From NCBI GenBank assembly GCA_051362555.1, contig CM120643.1, positions 11,506,644 to 11,570,643 of the forward strand: DNA of 64,000 nucleotides. Reading direction: 5' to 3'. Of the stretch, positions 43,212 to 61,381 are shown piece after piece. The notes below the pieces were generated by a model, which saw only the letters and a list, made by a program, of their open reading frames with translations, was not told where the DNA came from and did not search any database. The first letter of the stretch is position 1. Every line of letters starts with the position of its first letter. The position numbers and the translations under genes are program-made. This DNA comes from Lingula anatina (taxonomy: Eukaryota > Animalia > Brachiopoda).

Positions 43212-44856
43212 GCAAACCTCTCATTTACAAAACAAACGGTCCTTTTCAGGACCAACAAATATCAAAGAAAAGCTATGCCAGTGAAGTTGAATTATTATAT
43301 GTCCCCTGGCCTCTCTATGAACACCCCTTCCTCCCCGAAGACAAATAAAACCTATATATTGTTACCCTGTAAGTCATACAAGCACCGAATATCATGTCAA
43401 ATTAATGATTCACTGAAATATGCAGTTCTGCCTTTCAAGCGATACAAAATATCTGCAAAATTTAAGTCTCCCGTCTTTTTGCAACTATGGATATAGGTGA
43501 TGTAGGCCTAATTCAGTCGGCAAATTGAAACCGGGGTACAACGCATCATCATATCCTCGGCAGTTAGTGATGACCACTCACAACAGGTGATAATCTGCTT
43601 GCGGCTATTAAAAGTAGCCTCTTGAATGTTGAAGAAATAAACGATGTAAAGAGAACATCCTAAAATTTCAATCCTCAAAGCTACTATTATTTTTCAAAAA
43701 ACCAACTGGAAAATGTTGTTAGGGCGAAGTACGTAGTCAAGGAACTTAAATCTTACTTAGCACAGTAAAGTAAACTGACAGAGCTCATGACATATTCTGT
43801 TTCGAACATTAGATATCTAATTCAGTATAAACAGAGTGGAAAAAAGATATCATGGTGAAATAGTCTTTTTTTTTTAAAGCTATTATATCCTTTTTATTGC
43901 TTTTAAATTTGACTATGTAGTTGTAGATTTTTATTTATAATATTGTCAACAGTGCTGAAGTGTATGTTTAAGGCACTTGAAAGAGATTTTTTTTTTTAAA
44001 TAATTTTTTTATCAGAGCTCATGACATAATCTGTTTCGAGCATTAGATATCTAATTCAGATAAAAAAGATATCATGGTGAAATTGTCTTTTTTAAAGCTA
44101 TTATAACCTTTTTATTGCTTTTAAGTTTGTCTTTGTAGTTGTAGATTTTTATTTATCATATTGTCAACAGTGCTGAAGTGTATGTTTAAGGCACTTGAAA
44201 GAGATTTTTTTTAAATAATTTTTTTATCTGCCACAAATGTCAGAAAGGCCAAACAGAAGAGGAAAATATTTCTTTACTGCCTAGCCTTGTGTGCTGTGCT
44301 AAAACCATAGCAGCTCCAATATCTCGTTGCTGTTAACAAATAAATCAAATAAATTCACCAGGATACACAGTGATCTCCCCTAATTTAAATGCATTTGTCA
44401 TATACTCTATAAATAAAAAAAGTAAAGCGTGCGCTAATCAGCAGTGTAGGGATGCATGACAATTAACGAGTGAACCTTGCTTCAGAAAAAGACAGTATTT
44501 TAGCTGAGTGTGAATCTTTTTCAGGCGAGTGACTAAGAATAACTACAGAAAGCACTATGGTAAATGGTGAAGCAGAAAATTAAAATTGTGTGCCGAGGTT
44601 CATCATTGCCTCTACTTTTCAAACTAGTGTGTGATAATTCACTTAGTGGTTTAAGTGTTGATAATCATGACCATAATAGGAGCAGAGGAAATGCTATGTA
44701 TGTGTAAAAAAACTACGTAGAATGCAAAACGATTCCTTCAGTGGTGCGAACACGATAATTCCAGTTAGTTCTTAATAACATTTGGTATAGCTTTTCTGGA
44801 AAGATGTGGTTGGTCCTGAAAAGGACCGTTTTGTGTAAATCAGCGACTTTGTTGAT

Positions 44857-45225
44857 TTACTTGGAGCTGGTGTACTTGGTGACGGCCTTTGTGCCCTCAC
44901 TGACAGCGTGCTTGGCAAGCTCACCAGGCAACAAGAGACGGACAGCAGTCTGGACCTCTCGGCTGGTGATGGTGGAACGCTTGTTGTAGTGGGCAAGGCG
45001 GGAAGCTTCACCGGCAATACGTTCAAAGATGTCATTGACAAAGCTGTTCATGATGCTCATGGCTTTGCTGGAGATACCGGTGTCAGGGTGCACCTGTTTC
45101 ATCACCTTGTAGATGTAGATGCTGTAGCTTTCCTTTCTCTTCCTCCTTCTCTTCTTGTCACCACTGCGTGCTGCCTTAGCCTTACCGGCTTTCTTGGCGC
45201 CCTTGGAGCTCACTTTGGGAGGCAT
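44857..45225 (-). CDS. H2B: Histone H2B, unit 2
   Basis: Canonical H2B. Confidence 0.99.
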   Translation of the reverse strand: MPPKVSSKGAKKAGKAKAARSGDKKRRRKRKESYSIYIYKVMKQVHPDTGISSKAMSIMNSFVNDIFERIAGEASRLAHYNKRSTITSREVQTAVRLLLPGELAKHAVSEGTKAVTKYTSSK

Positions 45226-45982
45226 GGTACTTGTATTCTAGCGTGCAATATGAACGTTGAATACTGCAGGAAGGGAGCGTTTTGTATAAATACAACGCGT
45301 TATGCAAATAAGGGGATCCAGCGCTACACGTTGTGAAATTCACAATCGGATTGGTTGAAGTTCCCAGCGCGCAACAGATGCAGAGTCGAAGCCGAGGCAA
45401 AGTAACATTTCACTGAACATGAAAGCACTTACAGTCCAACATGGACTCATCATTAACGAAAACAAGGTGCGTATTTTATGCTGTTATTTTCAAGTCCTTG
45501 ACAGCAGTTCATGTGTCAAACCAGACGTTATCTTCAATGAGCTGTCAAAGTAATGATCTGATTGCAATCAAGTAGCTGGCAGCAGTTAAGGATTTCAATC
45601 AAGTCTGACACCAAGTCACCTTTGTTTCTCGATTAGAGCAATACAACTCAAGCCTATATGAGGTATTCACCCCTCAAACCGTGCTCATTATATCTTCAAC
45701 AATATTAATAAAAATTACGTTATTGGAAGGAGGATGTGTGAAGCACAATTTTTGTATCATGCAAAACCATATGTAGGCTACCTATAGTTACTTCATGGCC
45801 CCTGTAAACTTCATGCTGGTACCAAACAATCTAATAGATTTATTCAAATTAGAGGCTCGAGTGCTGCACAGTGAGAACGAGGGCAAGTTAAGCGCTCTCT
45901 TTACCTATTGGCAGTTATTCCGACTACGCTGTCTTATTGGACAGATATGCGTGCAGCACTGAATCCCCACCGGTGGCTATAA

Positions 45983-46426
<444 letters not shown>

Positions 46427-46793
46427 ATTGCTGTTTGCAAATTTACAACAAACGGTCCTTTTCAGGACCAACCAAATATTCATAGAAAAGCTACGCCAAT
46501 GAAGTTCATTATGAATTAATCAGTTTCACACCCTCTTACTTGCCTCTCTCGTAATGGCAGACCTGATAAATCCCGCTATTCTCCATATATTGTGAATATG
46601 AATACATATATAGATAAGCAATAATCCTAATCACCCAGACTGAATACTGATCGTGGGCTCCATTTCGAAAAAAGTGAAAAATGAAGTTGAATAAGTAATA
46701 ATTGCGAATTCAACTTTTTTATTTTATTTTAATCTCTGGTGACAGAAAGCGATGTGTTAATATGTGGACAATTGAAATTTTAGTTTGGGAAAT

Positions 46794-47110
46794 ATTCGTG
46801 TTTAGTTACCAAGGTTTCAGCTGATTTAGTAATAAAGACTTTTTAAAAACAACAATCTTTTTGAATAATATTTGCAAGTTAATTACACCGACAGAAATTA
46901 TACTGTACTTAAAGAAGCATAACCTGCACGTTTATTAAATACTGACACTCAACTTCAAGTCAATATTTTTCACAATGCGTGGTAACAACGGTCTTGCAAA
47001 TTCCTTTATAAGGGAATGCACTTTTGCCGCTTTTCCTGTAATGACCTGCGCCAATAGACGTAACGAAAGTGTGTGTTCAATGGAAAAAAAAAAAAAAAAC
47101 ACGGCCACAC
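46794..47110 (+). other. 317-bp unit-2-specific segment flanked by TGGGAAAT direct repeats
   Basis: Units 1 and 3 have a single TGGGAAAT here; an A-run lies near the right end. Confidence 0.6.
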
Positions 47111-47547
47111 TGGGAAATTAGACGCAATAAGCTTTTTATTGAGTCATTCAAAAGAAACATTATAGACATTAACTGAAACGTTAGACATAATACTCGCTTC
47201 TTGATAAGTTGCAGACCTCTTTATTGAGAATGGGTGTAATACGTGAAGTAAAACTATGTGATAAAACAGTCATCAGTAGCTATAGTTTGTTTTTTCCCCT
47301 ACATATACAGACTGATATATTTAAAAAGGGGCAAATCAATCCTCATAATTGGGCTACCTATACATAGCAGGCAGCCGTTTTTAAGAAACACATTAGATAT
47401 ATCAAATATGAAAATACAAATAGGATAATATAAGCTGCGATATTTTCAATGAAAGACTTCCTCAATGAGATAACGGAACTAACTGTCATAATACCATGTA
47501 CAAGTCAATCTTTTTTGTCTTGAAAACATACAAGTTACAAAGCAAAA

Positions 47548-50500
47548 TTTATTATTTATTTATTTTTATTTATTTTATGTATTATTATTATTGCACATCT
47601 GAGTAAACAGTTGTATTTTAAAGACATCCACGGCTTAATTGCTAAATTTCGAAAACGTTTTAAAACGCGGACAGTGGTTACACGTAATGCTACTTTCAGA
47701 CTTTTAGGTAGCTTATTCATCACACTTAATTGTAATCTATAAATGCATTTTACGCAACCTTTGAGCCCTACGTCTCATCAGAATGTAATACAGTGACCAT
47801 TTAAAGTTCTACGAACTCAACTACTTCTAGAACAACAACTACTACTGATACAAATAATAATAATATTTCATCGGACTGACGTTAATCTTAGCTCCGATGC
47901 ACATTTTAAGTGTATTCCTAAGTTGTTTAATTGTGAGGCGTTGTTAAGTGATAATAATTTAATTAGTTTAAAGACGCTTAGCTTTGTATAATAAAATTTC
48001 TTGATGTATTTCTGCTTAAGGAGCGGATGTACCCAAATATAGCTAAAAATAGCCATTTTTGGTTTTTTCTGTCTAATTATTGGTTAAACGTGTATCTAAC
48101 GTTTAACAGAATAAAATTTTTAACATTTTGAACAAAAAATTTGTTTTTTCTGATTATTCTGATGCTGCACACATCGACATCGGTGACCTGGTATATGCCC
48201 CGCCTTCGTTGTCAAGGGCCGTTGGCATGGGTAAACTCGGTGGGCGGACCTTAGCAGCATCAGCACGTCTAGGGAAACAATAGAACAGGGATGCGCCATG
48301 CCCCCTTTGTCATAAACAGCGATCGGCAAAGCAGTGCCTATTGTTCCGCTTAAGCTGTTTTGATAGTCTCTCTTGATTGTGATCAGCGCTAAGATGAATC
48401 TTTTCCGACACATTGGATTTGCTCGAAATACTCGTTCTCCCTTGAATATTGCTTGTTGTTACACGCGTTCTTTCGATTTTCTTGTTAACTTTTTGAGATA
48501 CGCAAAAGAAAAGAAGAAAATTCCGTTGCTTGCTACCCGTGACAACAATAGTCATTCTTTCTATCCATTTTCGCCAACAGGTCGATGCAGTTTAGTGTTA
48601 GATTTAAAAAATATACATGGGGGTAACTAGGCATACGCACGGATGCATTGTGCGTACATTTTTTTGGCCAACCATGATATTATTTTATATAAATTTAGTG
48701 TATTTTTCACGGAATATAAAGAAATTCTCTGCTTATCAAAGTCACCTGTATGAACAAATCCTCTGTATCAATTGTATAGGCACAATTGTTCTGACACCCC
48801 CCTCCCCCCGTCTTGCATACTTTTATTGAACTGAGGTAAACAATGCCTGAAACCTTAACAAGTTTTATCTTAATCGTCCATCTAACTGGAACTTCCTTTA
48901 CCTCTTTATTGGAGGGTTCAGTGGCCCACAACTCACCTGAAGCCTCGCTGGCAATATTTATCTCAGGTAAAAATCTACCTGTGTGTTATTTTCAAAGAGC
49001 AGCTCACGCAACCCTGAGGGCATTAGATAAAATCTGGACACCAGGTTTCATAAGGAGCTAGAGAAACGAAGGAAGGATTTTTCCTGCAAAGCGTCAAAGA
49101 ATTTTGACACGGACTTGACCCAGCTTATCCCTCCAAACTAATAGGGTGACATGGACAATTTTTACAAACATATAATAAAACTTAGATGTATCAGAGCTCT
49201 GTCGTGTCGTACAATTGGTTGTTATGGGGAGCCATGCATCCACATGTAAGGTTAATGAAATCTAATGTTAGTTCAACTCAGAGGCGGATCCAGGATTATT
49301 CGAAGGGCGTTCCACGTATGCGAAGCTAGCCTCCTTTTAAATAAATATACCATTCTGGGTAATAAGTTTATTGAAACTTTTTTAATTGCGAGAATATTTC
49401 TGACTAAATGATGTTTTATTATTAATGGAAATTAAGCTGCGGTGTGTGGTACATATGCTGTGATTACGCTGTCCTTCATCTCTTGCGTTAGTCTATATTT
49501 TGCTGGGAATGTAAAAAATCTGTGCGTACAATTTTTTTAAGGTCTGGTTACGCCCCTGAATCTATGCAACTTGGGCAATTCGGCCCTAGCATCGAGGCTC
49601 AACTCCTATTTATTTCTGCTTACCATTGGTAATCGGAAAATCAACAATGATAATATCTAACCTTTCCACCTGTTTTCGAACCATTTTTCGCTTGGCGAAT
49701 GTGGACAAGACCGCATGCGATGCTGCTATTGTGTGCACATCCTAGAGCGCATCCCTAACACTTGCCCCGACGGCAATTGACGTGGCCACTGATTGCTTGG
49801 GTCATTAGGGCTTACTAGATTGCCTGTCAATCATTCTGGCAGTGCTAGCGGTAACCCCTTGAAGTTACTAACAGGAGGTGAGATTGATACAAAAATAAGA
49901 TTTTCTGACATCCAAATACATGCAAACAAGCTAATTTCAACCGGCAAAAGAGTACCCATCTTCGCGATCGTCAGAACGATAACAGGTAAAGCTGTCAACA
50001 ATTTTATTTGCTTATATGGACAATTAACTTCACTGAAAGGATTTTTGCTCGTTTTCTTTGCTTTCAATATTGACGAGATAGCGTTATCTTAACAAGCTTT
50101 AACTATCTACCTGTACACCTGAGGGAGACCAAATTCACCATGCTAATTATGAACAGTAGGCTCTAAAAGTGCTTTTTAAGAAATTTTGATTGATCCTCTC
50201 TTTTCTAATTTATAGACTTTGAAAGTGAAAATTTCCTAATATTTTGATGTAATTTCACGTTTTTAAAGATAAAATCAACAATAAGTGTCTGAAGAAAAAT
50301 CCCTGACTCCATGCTGTAGTACTTTGTTCAAGTGTCATAATGACATCAAAAGCAAGTTTATAGCTGTCCAGGTGCCTGAGAAAATCAGGTGTATAAAAAT
50401 GGTGTTTTTGTCCCCAAAATCCCAATATTACGTCACACGATGAAGTTAAAGCTGTGTTCCAAGCATAATTAGATATTTTGAAGATACGTTAAATGAATGT

Positions 50501-50861
50501 GACAGGAATAAAAAAGCCAAGACCTTTATTTTAAGAGAAAATCTCAAACCTACATTCCCTCCTTAATCGTACTTTAGTGAGGGCATTTAAGGATCAAGTG
50601 AAATTCATCCTCTACATCGTTTAAATTGCATAACTTACAGATTCTTAATTTCTTATTTGTGTCTGTGTACCTGCCAGTCTCTACAGGTAGATTATGTGAC
50701 GAAAGCCTAAATTTTGCGATAAATTCCTTATTTTTCTGTGAAATTGGCTTATTCAAACAAAATTGCACTATGAAATTATCGGCAAGATGTTGATACAAAA
50801 ACCCTTTACTTGCTGTGAATATTTCCCCGGTCAGTACTTGTCTAAAATGAACTTTCATCAC
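47548..50861 (-). mobile_element. RTE-X-like LINE 3' fragment, spacer copy 3, split by a TTAA element
   Basis: Matches copy 1 on both sides of 48020-50562. Confidence 0.75.
48020..50562. mobile_element. Kolobok-like non-autonomous DNA transposon (2.5 kb)
   Basis: TTAA TSDs (48016-19, 50563-66); imperfect TIR GGAGCGGATGTA / TACATTCCCTCC; empty site TGCTTAATCGTAC at ~27241; no intact transposase. Confidence 0.8.
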
Positions 50862-52581
50862 TTAAATTTTTCATAAATTAATCAGGGGCCAATTAATCTC
50901 GGGGTCCAACTAGCCCCGATCTCCTCATTGCAAAAATGCGATCTTTTGCTTGGAAAAAAAAAAGCTGTTTTGAAAATCATTATAAGGCTATTTTATATAA
51001 AAGGGCCATGCCTTTTTTTCTGTCACAAATGAAAGTTCGTCGCCCCTTTCTACGAGTATGTGGTATTTTAAAGATCCTTCTTCTTTTTCACCCGGGCCTG
51101 CCCCTAAATGGCTTAATTTGCTACTTTTCGGTAGCTTATTACATGAAGGAATCATATGAAAGCCTTTTTTATTATTTCGCAAAGGCAAAAGAAATCCACG
51201 TTCTGTCGGGGACGTATACTTAGTGTGGAGTTGTTACATGTGATCTGTAGAGAAATTCCCTCTAAAGAGCCTTGATGCCTTCACATTCGTGTTCACGAAG
51301 TTCACACACTGACTTAACACCCAACCCCAATGTAGAGGTGCATTTGACGTGCTGAAGTGTCCAAAAAATAAAATTGAATGATTTCAAAGTTGTATTAATT
51401 TATATTTTAAATATATATGTGTGTAGAACAAATTTCCACGACTGTCTCAATTTTAATTTAGTTTTTACCATGTCTTTAAATACATGATGTACGTACGGAG
51501 CCGTAATTGATAACGTACGCTCCGGGAACGTACATGTTTGTCCCGGGTCATTTAATTTTAATTTTTATATCGCTTTCCGTGTATTTTGTAGTGATTCAGT
51601 CATGGTATATTATATATAACGTAAGGATGTTTTATAAATATTTTTAAAACTTGTAACTCTAGGGGCTTTACGTCATGGCTAATAATATGTAACGTATGTT
51701 CGCCAGAAAAAATTGCCAGAAAGTTTCGTCTTACCCAGGTACTTGGTGCAATAGGAAACAGGTCTTTCTGTTGCTGACTGAAAATTATGTTGTGATTCCA
51801 TGATAGTTTGACATTTATGATACAATATTTGTACCACGAATGGAAAATAGTTTATTTATACATATTTTACTGTCGGTGGAGTGGATTTTCCCCGTGAAGT
51901 GACAAGCAAACTATAGTCGCTCAAAAACGATCATACAGAAGATTATCATTATTCTAATTTTTACGACGTTATACTTGTAGGAGATAAATCAAAGAACGGA
52001 ACCAGTGATGATTGAATTTTTAAGGTGAGTATAACGTTTCACAGCAGGACGTTTCGTATTCGTGATAGTAGCGTACGTTCCTTTTCTAGGGCTAGACGAT
52101 GACTTCATTTTTACAATTCATGTTTCAAGGAGAGTGAAACATTGACATATAGCCAATATAGGGACCTACTTCTGCATGTGGAACCCTAAAATAATCAAAC
52201 AATTCATGGTTTCAGGTGAGTGAAATTTTGATACAAACTCCTTCACGTGGGACCCTAAAGTGATCAAGCACAGTTTACAATCTGTGCACTAATCATTGTT
52301 AAGAGCATGTTTGCACCTCTGTATATCCGTCTTCCCATGAAGTGCATGAGTAGGCATCTTGAAATTTAACTTTAACCAACTATTAATTATAATGCGAGTT
52401 CGTTTGCGCAATGATGACGTATCATCGGGATAGTTAGGATTAGCAAATCATCAACTTTATTTCAGAAGAAACTACGTACGAATTGGCAATTCAGGACGGG
52501 CAATGTAAACACTAATGGTTTAGCTTTTCTGATTTGTAGTGGTCCTGAAAAGGACCGTTTTGTTGAGAGTTAACGTTGAAG

Positions 52582-55090
<2,509 letters not shown>

Positions 55091-55624
55091 TGAATGATTT
55101 GGGGTATATGCTACAGAGATTTGTAATAAGGCGGTCTATTTGGTGATTGGATGACCCAAATTCCTGTCCTATTTCACGCGCACCTCATTGGATGTATTTT
55201 CATAAAAATCCATCGTTGAATATGTATAACTACCTGTGGGACAGGTGCGCTAAAATATGCAGCATTGAATCCGAGGCAGAGTGAAGGAATGGCATATTTC
55301 TGTAATGTATCATCAAGTTTAGTGGATTTCTGAAAGAAATCAAAATTTGCAAAAGAAATATACTAATTAATTCCCACCAATTAGGATCCAACGTCTGTAG
55401 CGTTCTTGAAGTGATCATCCTTAGCTAAGAAAAATATAATGATAGCTGAAATGTGTCTGAACTCTACGACTTGCAGACTTTGCCCAATCATATTGGCTCT
55501 ACACGCATAAGTGTTCGTTTTGGCCAATCCAGTTAAGGTTTGGTGTTGAAGGTCGTTGGCGTCGGATAAGAAGGTATTTATAATCCAAAATTGGAAATTT
55601 TCATCATTCTGACTACAATCTTGA

Positions 55625-55945
<321 letters not shown>

Positions 55946-57597
55946 GCAAACCTCTCATTTACAAAACAAACGGTCCTTTTCAGGACCAACAAATATCAAA
56001 GAAAAGCTATGCCAGTGAAGTTGAATTATTATATGTCCCCTGGCCTCTCTATGAACACCCCTTCCTCCCCGAAGACAAATAAAACCTATATATTGTTACC
56101 CTGTAAGTCATACAAGCACCGAATATCATGTCAAATTAATGATTCACTGAAATATGCAGTTCTGCCTTTCAAGCGATACAAAATATCTGCAAAATTAAAG
56201 TCTCCCGTCTTTTTGCAACTATGGATATAGGTGATGTAGGCCTAATTCAGTCGGCAAATTGAAACCGGGGTACAACGCATCATCATATCCTCGGCAGTTA
56301 GTGATGACCACTCACAACAGGTGATAATCTGCTTGCGGCTATTAAAAGTAGCCTCTTGAATGTTGAAGAAATAAACGATGTAAAGAGAACATCCCAAAAT
56401 TTAAATCCTCTAAGCTACTATTATTTTTCAAAAAACCAACTGGAAAATGTTGTTAGGGCGAAGTACGTAGTCAAGGAACTTAAATCTTACTTAGCACAGT
56501 AAAGTAAACTGACAGAGCTCATGACATATTCTGTTTCGAACATTAGATATCTAATTCAGTATAAACAGAGTGGAAAAAAGATATCATGGTGAAATAGTCT
56601 TTTTTTTTTAAAGCTATTATATCCTTTTTATTGCTTTTAAATTTGACTATGTAGTTGTAGATTTTTATTTATAATATTGTCAACAGTGCTGAAGTGTATG
56701 TTTAAGGCACTTGAAAGAGATTTTTTTTTAAAATAATTTTTTTATCAGAGCTCATGACATAATCTGTTTCGAGCATTAGATATCTAATTCAGATAAAAAA
56801 GATATCATGGTGAAATTGTCTTTTTTAAAGCTATTATAACCTTTTTATTGCTTTTAAGTTTGTCTTTGTAGTTGTAGATTTTTATTTATCATATTGTCAA
56901 CAGTGCTGAAGTGTATGTTTAAGGCACTTGAAAGAGATTTTTTTTTAAATAATTTTTTTATCTGCCACAAATGTCAGAAAGGCCAAACAGAAGAGGAAAA
57001 TATTTCTTTACTGCCTAGCCTTGTGTGCTGTGCTTTGCTAAAACCATAGCAGCTCCAATATCTCGTTGCTGTTAACAAATAAATCAAATAAATTCACCAG
57101 GATACACAGTGATCTCCCCTAATTTAAATGCATTTGTCATATACTCTATAAATAAAAAAAGTAAAGCGTGCGCTAATCAGCAGTGTATAGGGATGCATGA
57201 CAATTAACGAGTGAACCTTGCTTCAGAAAAAGACAGTATTTTAGCTGAGTGTGAATCTTTTTCAGGCGAGTGACTAAGAATAACTACAGAAAGCACTATG
57301 CTAAATAGTGAAGCAGAAAATTAAAATTGTGTGCCGAGGTTCATCATTGCCTCTACTTTTCAAACTAGTGTGTGATAATTCACTTAGTGGTTTAAGTGTT
57401 GAGAATCATGACCATAATAGGAGCAGAGGAAATGCTATGTATGTGCAAAAAAACTACGTAGAATGCAAAACGATTCCTTCAGTGGTGCGAACACGATAAT
57501 TCCAGTTAGTTCTTAATAACATTTGGTATAGCTTTTCTGGAAAGATGTGGTTGGTCCTGAAAAGGACCGTTTTGTGTAAATCAGCGACTTTGTTGAT

Positions 57598-57966
57598 TTA
57601 CTTGGAGCTGGTGTACTTGGTGACGGCCTTTGTGCCCTCACTGACAGCGTGCTTGGCAAGCTCACCAGGCAACAAGAGACGGACAGCAGTCTGGACCTCT
57701 CGGCTGGTGATGGTGGAACGCTTGTTGTAGTGGGCAAGGCGGGAAGCTTCACCGGCAATACGTTCAAAGATGTCATTGACAAAGCTGTTCATGATGCTCA
57801 TGGCTTTGCTGGAGATACCGGTGTCAGGGTGCACCTGTTTCATCACCTTGTAGATGTAGATGCTGTAGCTTTCCTTTCTCTTCCTCCTTCTCTTCTTGTC
57901 ACCACTGCGTGCTGCCTTAGCCTTACCGGCTTTCTTGGCGCCCTTGGAGCTCACTTTGGGAGGCAT
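57598..57966 (-). CDS. H2B: Histone H2B, unit 3
   Basis: Canonical H2B. Confidence 0.99.
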   Translation of the reverse strand: MPPKVSSKGAKKAGKAKAARSGDKKRRRKRKESYSIYIYKVMKQVHPDTGISSKAMSIMNSFVNDIFERIAGEASRLAHYNKRSTITSREVQTAVRLLLPGELAKHAVSEGTKAVTKYTSSK

Positions 57967-58707
57967 GGTACTTGTATTCTAGCGTGCAATATGAACGTTG
58001 AATACTGCAGGAAGGGAGCGTTTTGTATAAATACAACGCGTTATGCAAATAAGGGGATCCAGCGCTACACGTTGTGAAATTCACAATCGGATTGGTTGAA
58101 GTTCCCAGCGCGCAACAGATGCAGCGTCGAAGCCGAGGCAAAGTAACATTTCACTGAACATGAAAGCACTTACAGTCCAACATGGACTCATCATTAACGA
58201 AAACAACTTGCGTATATTATGCTGATATTTTCAAGTCCTTGACAGCAGTTCATGTGTCAAAACAAGACGTTATCTTCAATGAGCTGTCAAAGTAATGATT
58301 TGATTGCAATCAAGTAGCTGGCAGCAATTAAGGTGTCTAAGTCTGTCACCTTGTTAACTTAATAAGAGCAATACAACTCAAGTCTATATGAGGTATTCAC
58401 CCCTCAAACCGTGCTCATTATATCTTTAACAATATTAATAAAAATTACGTTATTGGAAGGAGGATGTGTGAAACACTTGTTTTGTATCATGCAAAACCAT
58501 ATGTACCTATAGTTATTTCACGGCCCCTGTAAACTTCATGCTGGTACCAAATAATCTAATAGATTTATGCAAATTAGAGGCTCGAATGCTGCACAGTGAG
58601 AACGAGGGCAAGTTAAGCGCTCTCTTTACCTATTGGCAGTTATTCCGACTACGCTGTCTTATTGGACAGATTTGCGTGCAGCACTGAATCCCCACCGATG
58701 GCTATAA

Positions 58708-59151
<444 letters not shown>

Positions 59152-59940
59152 ATTGCTGTTTGCAAATTTACAACAAACGGTCCTTTTCAGGACCAACCAA
59201 ATATTCATAGAAAAGCTACGCCAATGAAGTTCATTATGAATTAATCAGTTTCACAATCTCTTACTTGCCTCTCTCGTAGTGGCAGACCTGATTAATCCCG
59301 CCTTGCTCCATATATTGTGAATGTGAATGCATATATAGATAAGTAATAATCCTAATCACCCAGACTGAATACTGAGCTCCATTTCGAAAAAAGTGAAAAA
59401 TGAAGTTGAAGAAGTAATATTTGCGAATTCAACTTTTTTATTTTATTTTAATCTCTGGTGACAGAAAGCGATGTTTTTATATGTGGACAATTTAAATTTT
59501 AGCTTGGGAAATTAGACGCAATAAGCTTTTTATTGAGTCATTCAAAAGAAAAATTATAGGCATTAACTGAAACGTTAGACATAATCCTCGCTTCTTGATA
59601 AGTTGCAGACCTCTTTATTGAGAATGGGTGTAATACGTGAAATAAAATGTGATAAAACAGTCATCAGTAGCTATAGTTTGTTTTTTCCCCCTACACATAC
59701 AGACTGATATATTAAAAAAGGGGCAAATCAATCCTCATAATTGGGCTACCTATACATAGCAGGCAGCCGTTTTTAAGAAACACATTAGATATATCAAATA
59801 TGAAAATACAAATAGGATAATATAAGCTGCGATATTTTCAATGAAAGACATCCTCAATGAGATAACGGAACTAACTGGCATAATACCATGTACAAGTCAA
59901 GCTTTTCTGTCTTGAAAACATACAAGTTACAAATCAAAAC

Positions 59941-59943
59941 TTT

Positions 59944-59979
<36 letters not shown>

Positions 59980-60753
59980 TGATTTATTATTATTATTATT
60001 ATTGCACATCTGAGTAAACAGTGGTATTTTAAAGACAACCACGGCTTAATTGCTAAATTTCGAAAACGTTTTAAAACGCGGACAGTGGTTACACATAATG
60101 CTACTTTCAGACTTTTAGGTAGCGTATTCATCACACTTAATTGTAATCTATAAATGTATTTTACGCATTTCAATTCAATCTAATTTATTAACCTTTGAGC
60201 CCTACGTCTCATCAGAATGTAATACAGTGACCATTTAAAGTTATATGAACTCAACTACTACTACTACTACAACAACAACAACTACTACTGATACAAATAA
60301 TAATAATATTTCATCGGACTGACGTTAATCTTAGCTCCGATGCACATTTTAAGTGTATTCCTAAGTTGTTTAATTGTGAGACGTTGTTAAGTGATAATAA
60401 TTTAATTAGTTCAAAGACGCTTGGCTTTGTATAATAAAATTTCTTGATGTATTTCTGCCTAATCGTATTTAAGTGAGGCATTTAAGGATCAAGTGAATTT
60501 CATCCTCTACATCGTTTAAATTGCATAACTTACAGATTCTTAATTTCTTATTTGTGTCTGTGTACCTGCCGGTCTCTACAGGTAGATTATGTGACGAAAG
60601 CCTAAATTTTGCGATAAATTCCTTATTTTTCTGTGAAATTGGCTTATTCAAACAAAATTGCACTATGAAATTATCGACAAAATATTGATACAAAAACCCT
60701 TTACTCGCTGTGAATATTTCCCCGGTCAGTACTTGTCTAAAATGATCTTTCAT
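59941..60753 (-). mobile_element. RTE-X-like LINE 3' fragment, spacer copy 4
   Basis: Near-identical to copy 2. Confidence 0.75.
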
Positions 60754-61381
60754 TACTTAAATTTTTCATAAATTAATCAGGGGCCAATTAATCTCGGGGT
60801 CCAACTAGCCCCGATCTCCTGATCCCTTACCCTTTGTAGCAAAAATGCGATCTTTTGCTTGGAAAAAAAAAGCTGTTTTGAAAATCATTATAAGGCTATT
60901 TTATGTAAAAGGGCCATGCCTTTTTTCTGTCACAAATGAAAGTTCGTCGCCCCTTTCTACGAGTATGTGGTGTTTTAAAGATATCCTTCTTCTTTTTCTT
61001 CCGGGCCTGCCCCTAAATGGCTTAATTTGCTACTTTTCGGTAGCTTATTACATGAAGGAATCATATGAAAGCCTTTTTTTATTATTTCGCAAAGGCAAAA
61101 GAAATCCACTTTCTGTCGGGGACGTATACTTAGTGTGGAGTTGTTACATGTGATCTATAGAGAAATTCCCTCTAAAGAGCCTTGATGCCTTCACATTCGT
61201 GTTCACGAAGTTCACACACTGACTTAACACCCAACCGCAATGTAGAGGTGCATTTTACGTGTTGAACGAAGTGTCCAAAAAAAATAAAATTGAATGAATT
61301 CAAAGTTGTATTAATTTATTTAAATATATATGTGTGTAGAACAAATTTCCACGACTGTCTCAATTTTAATTTAGTTTTTAC

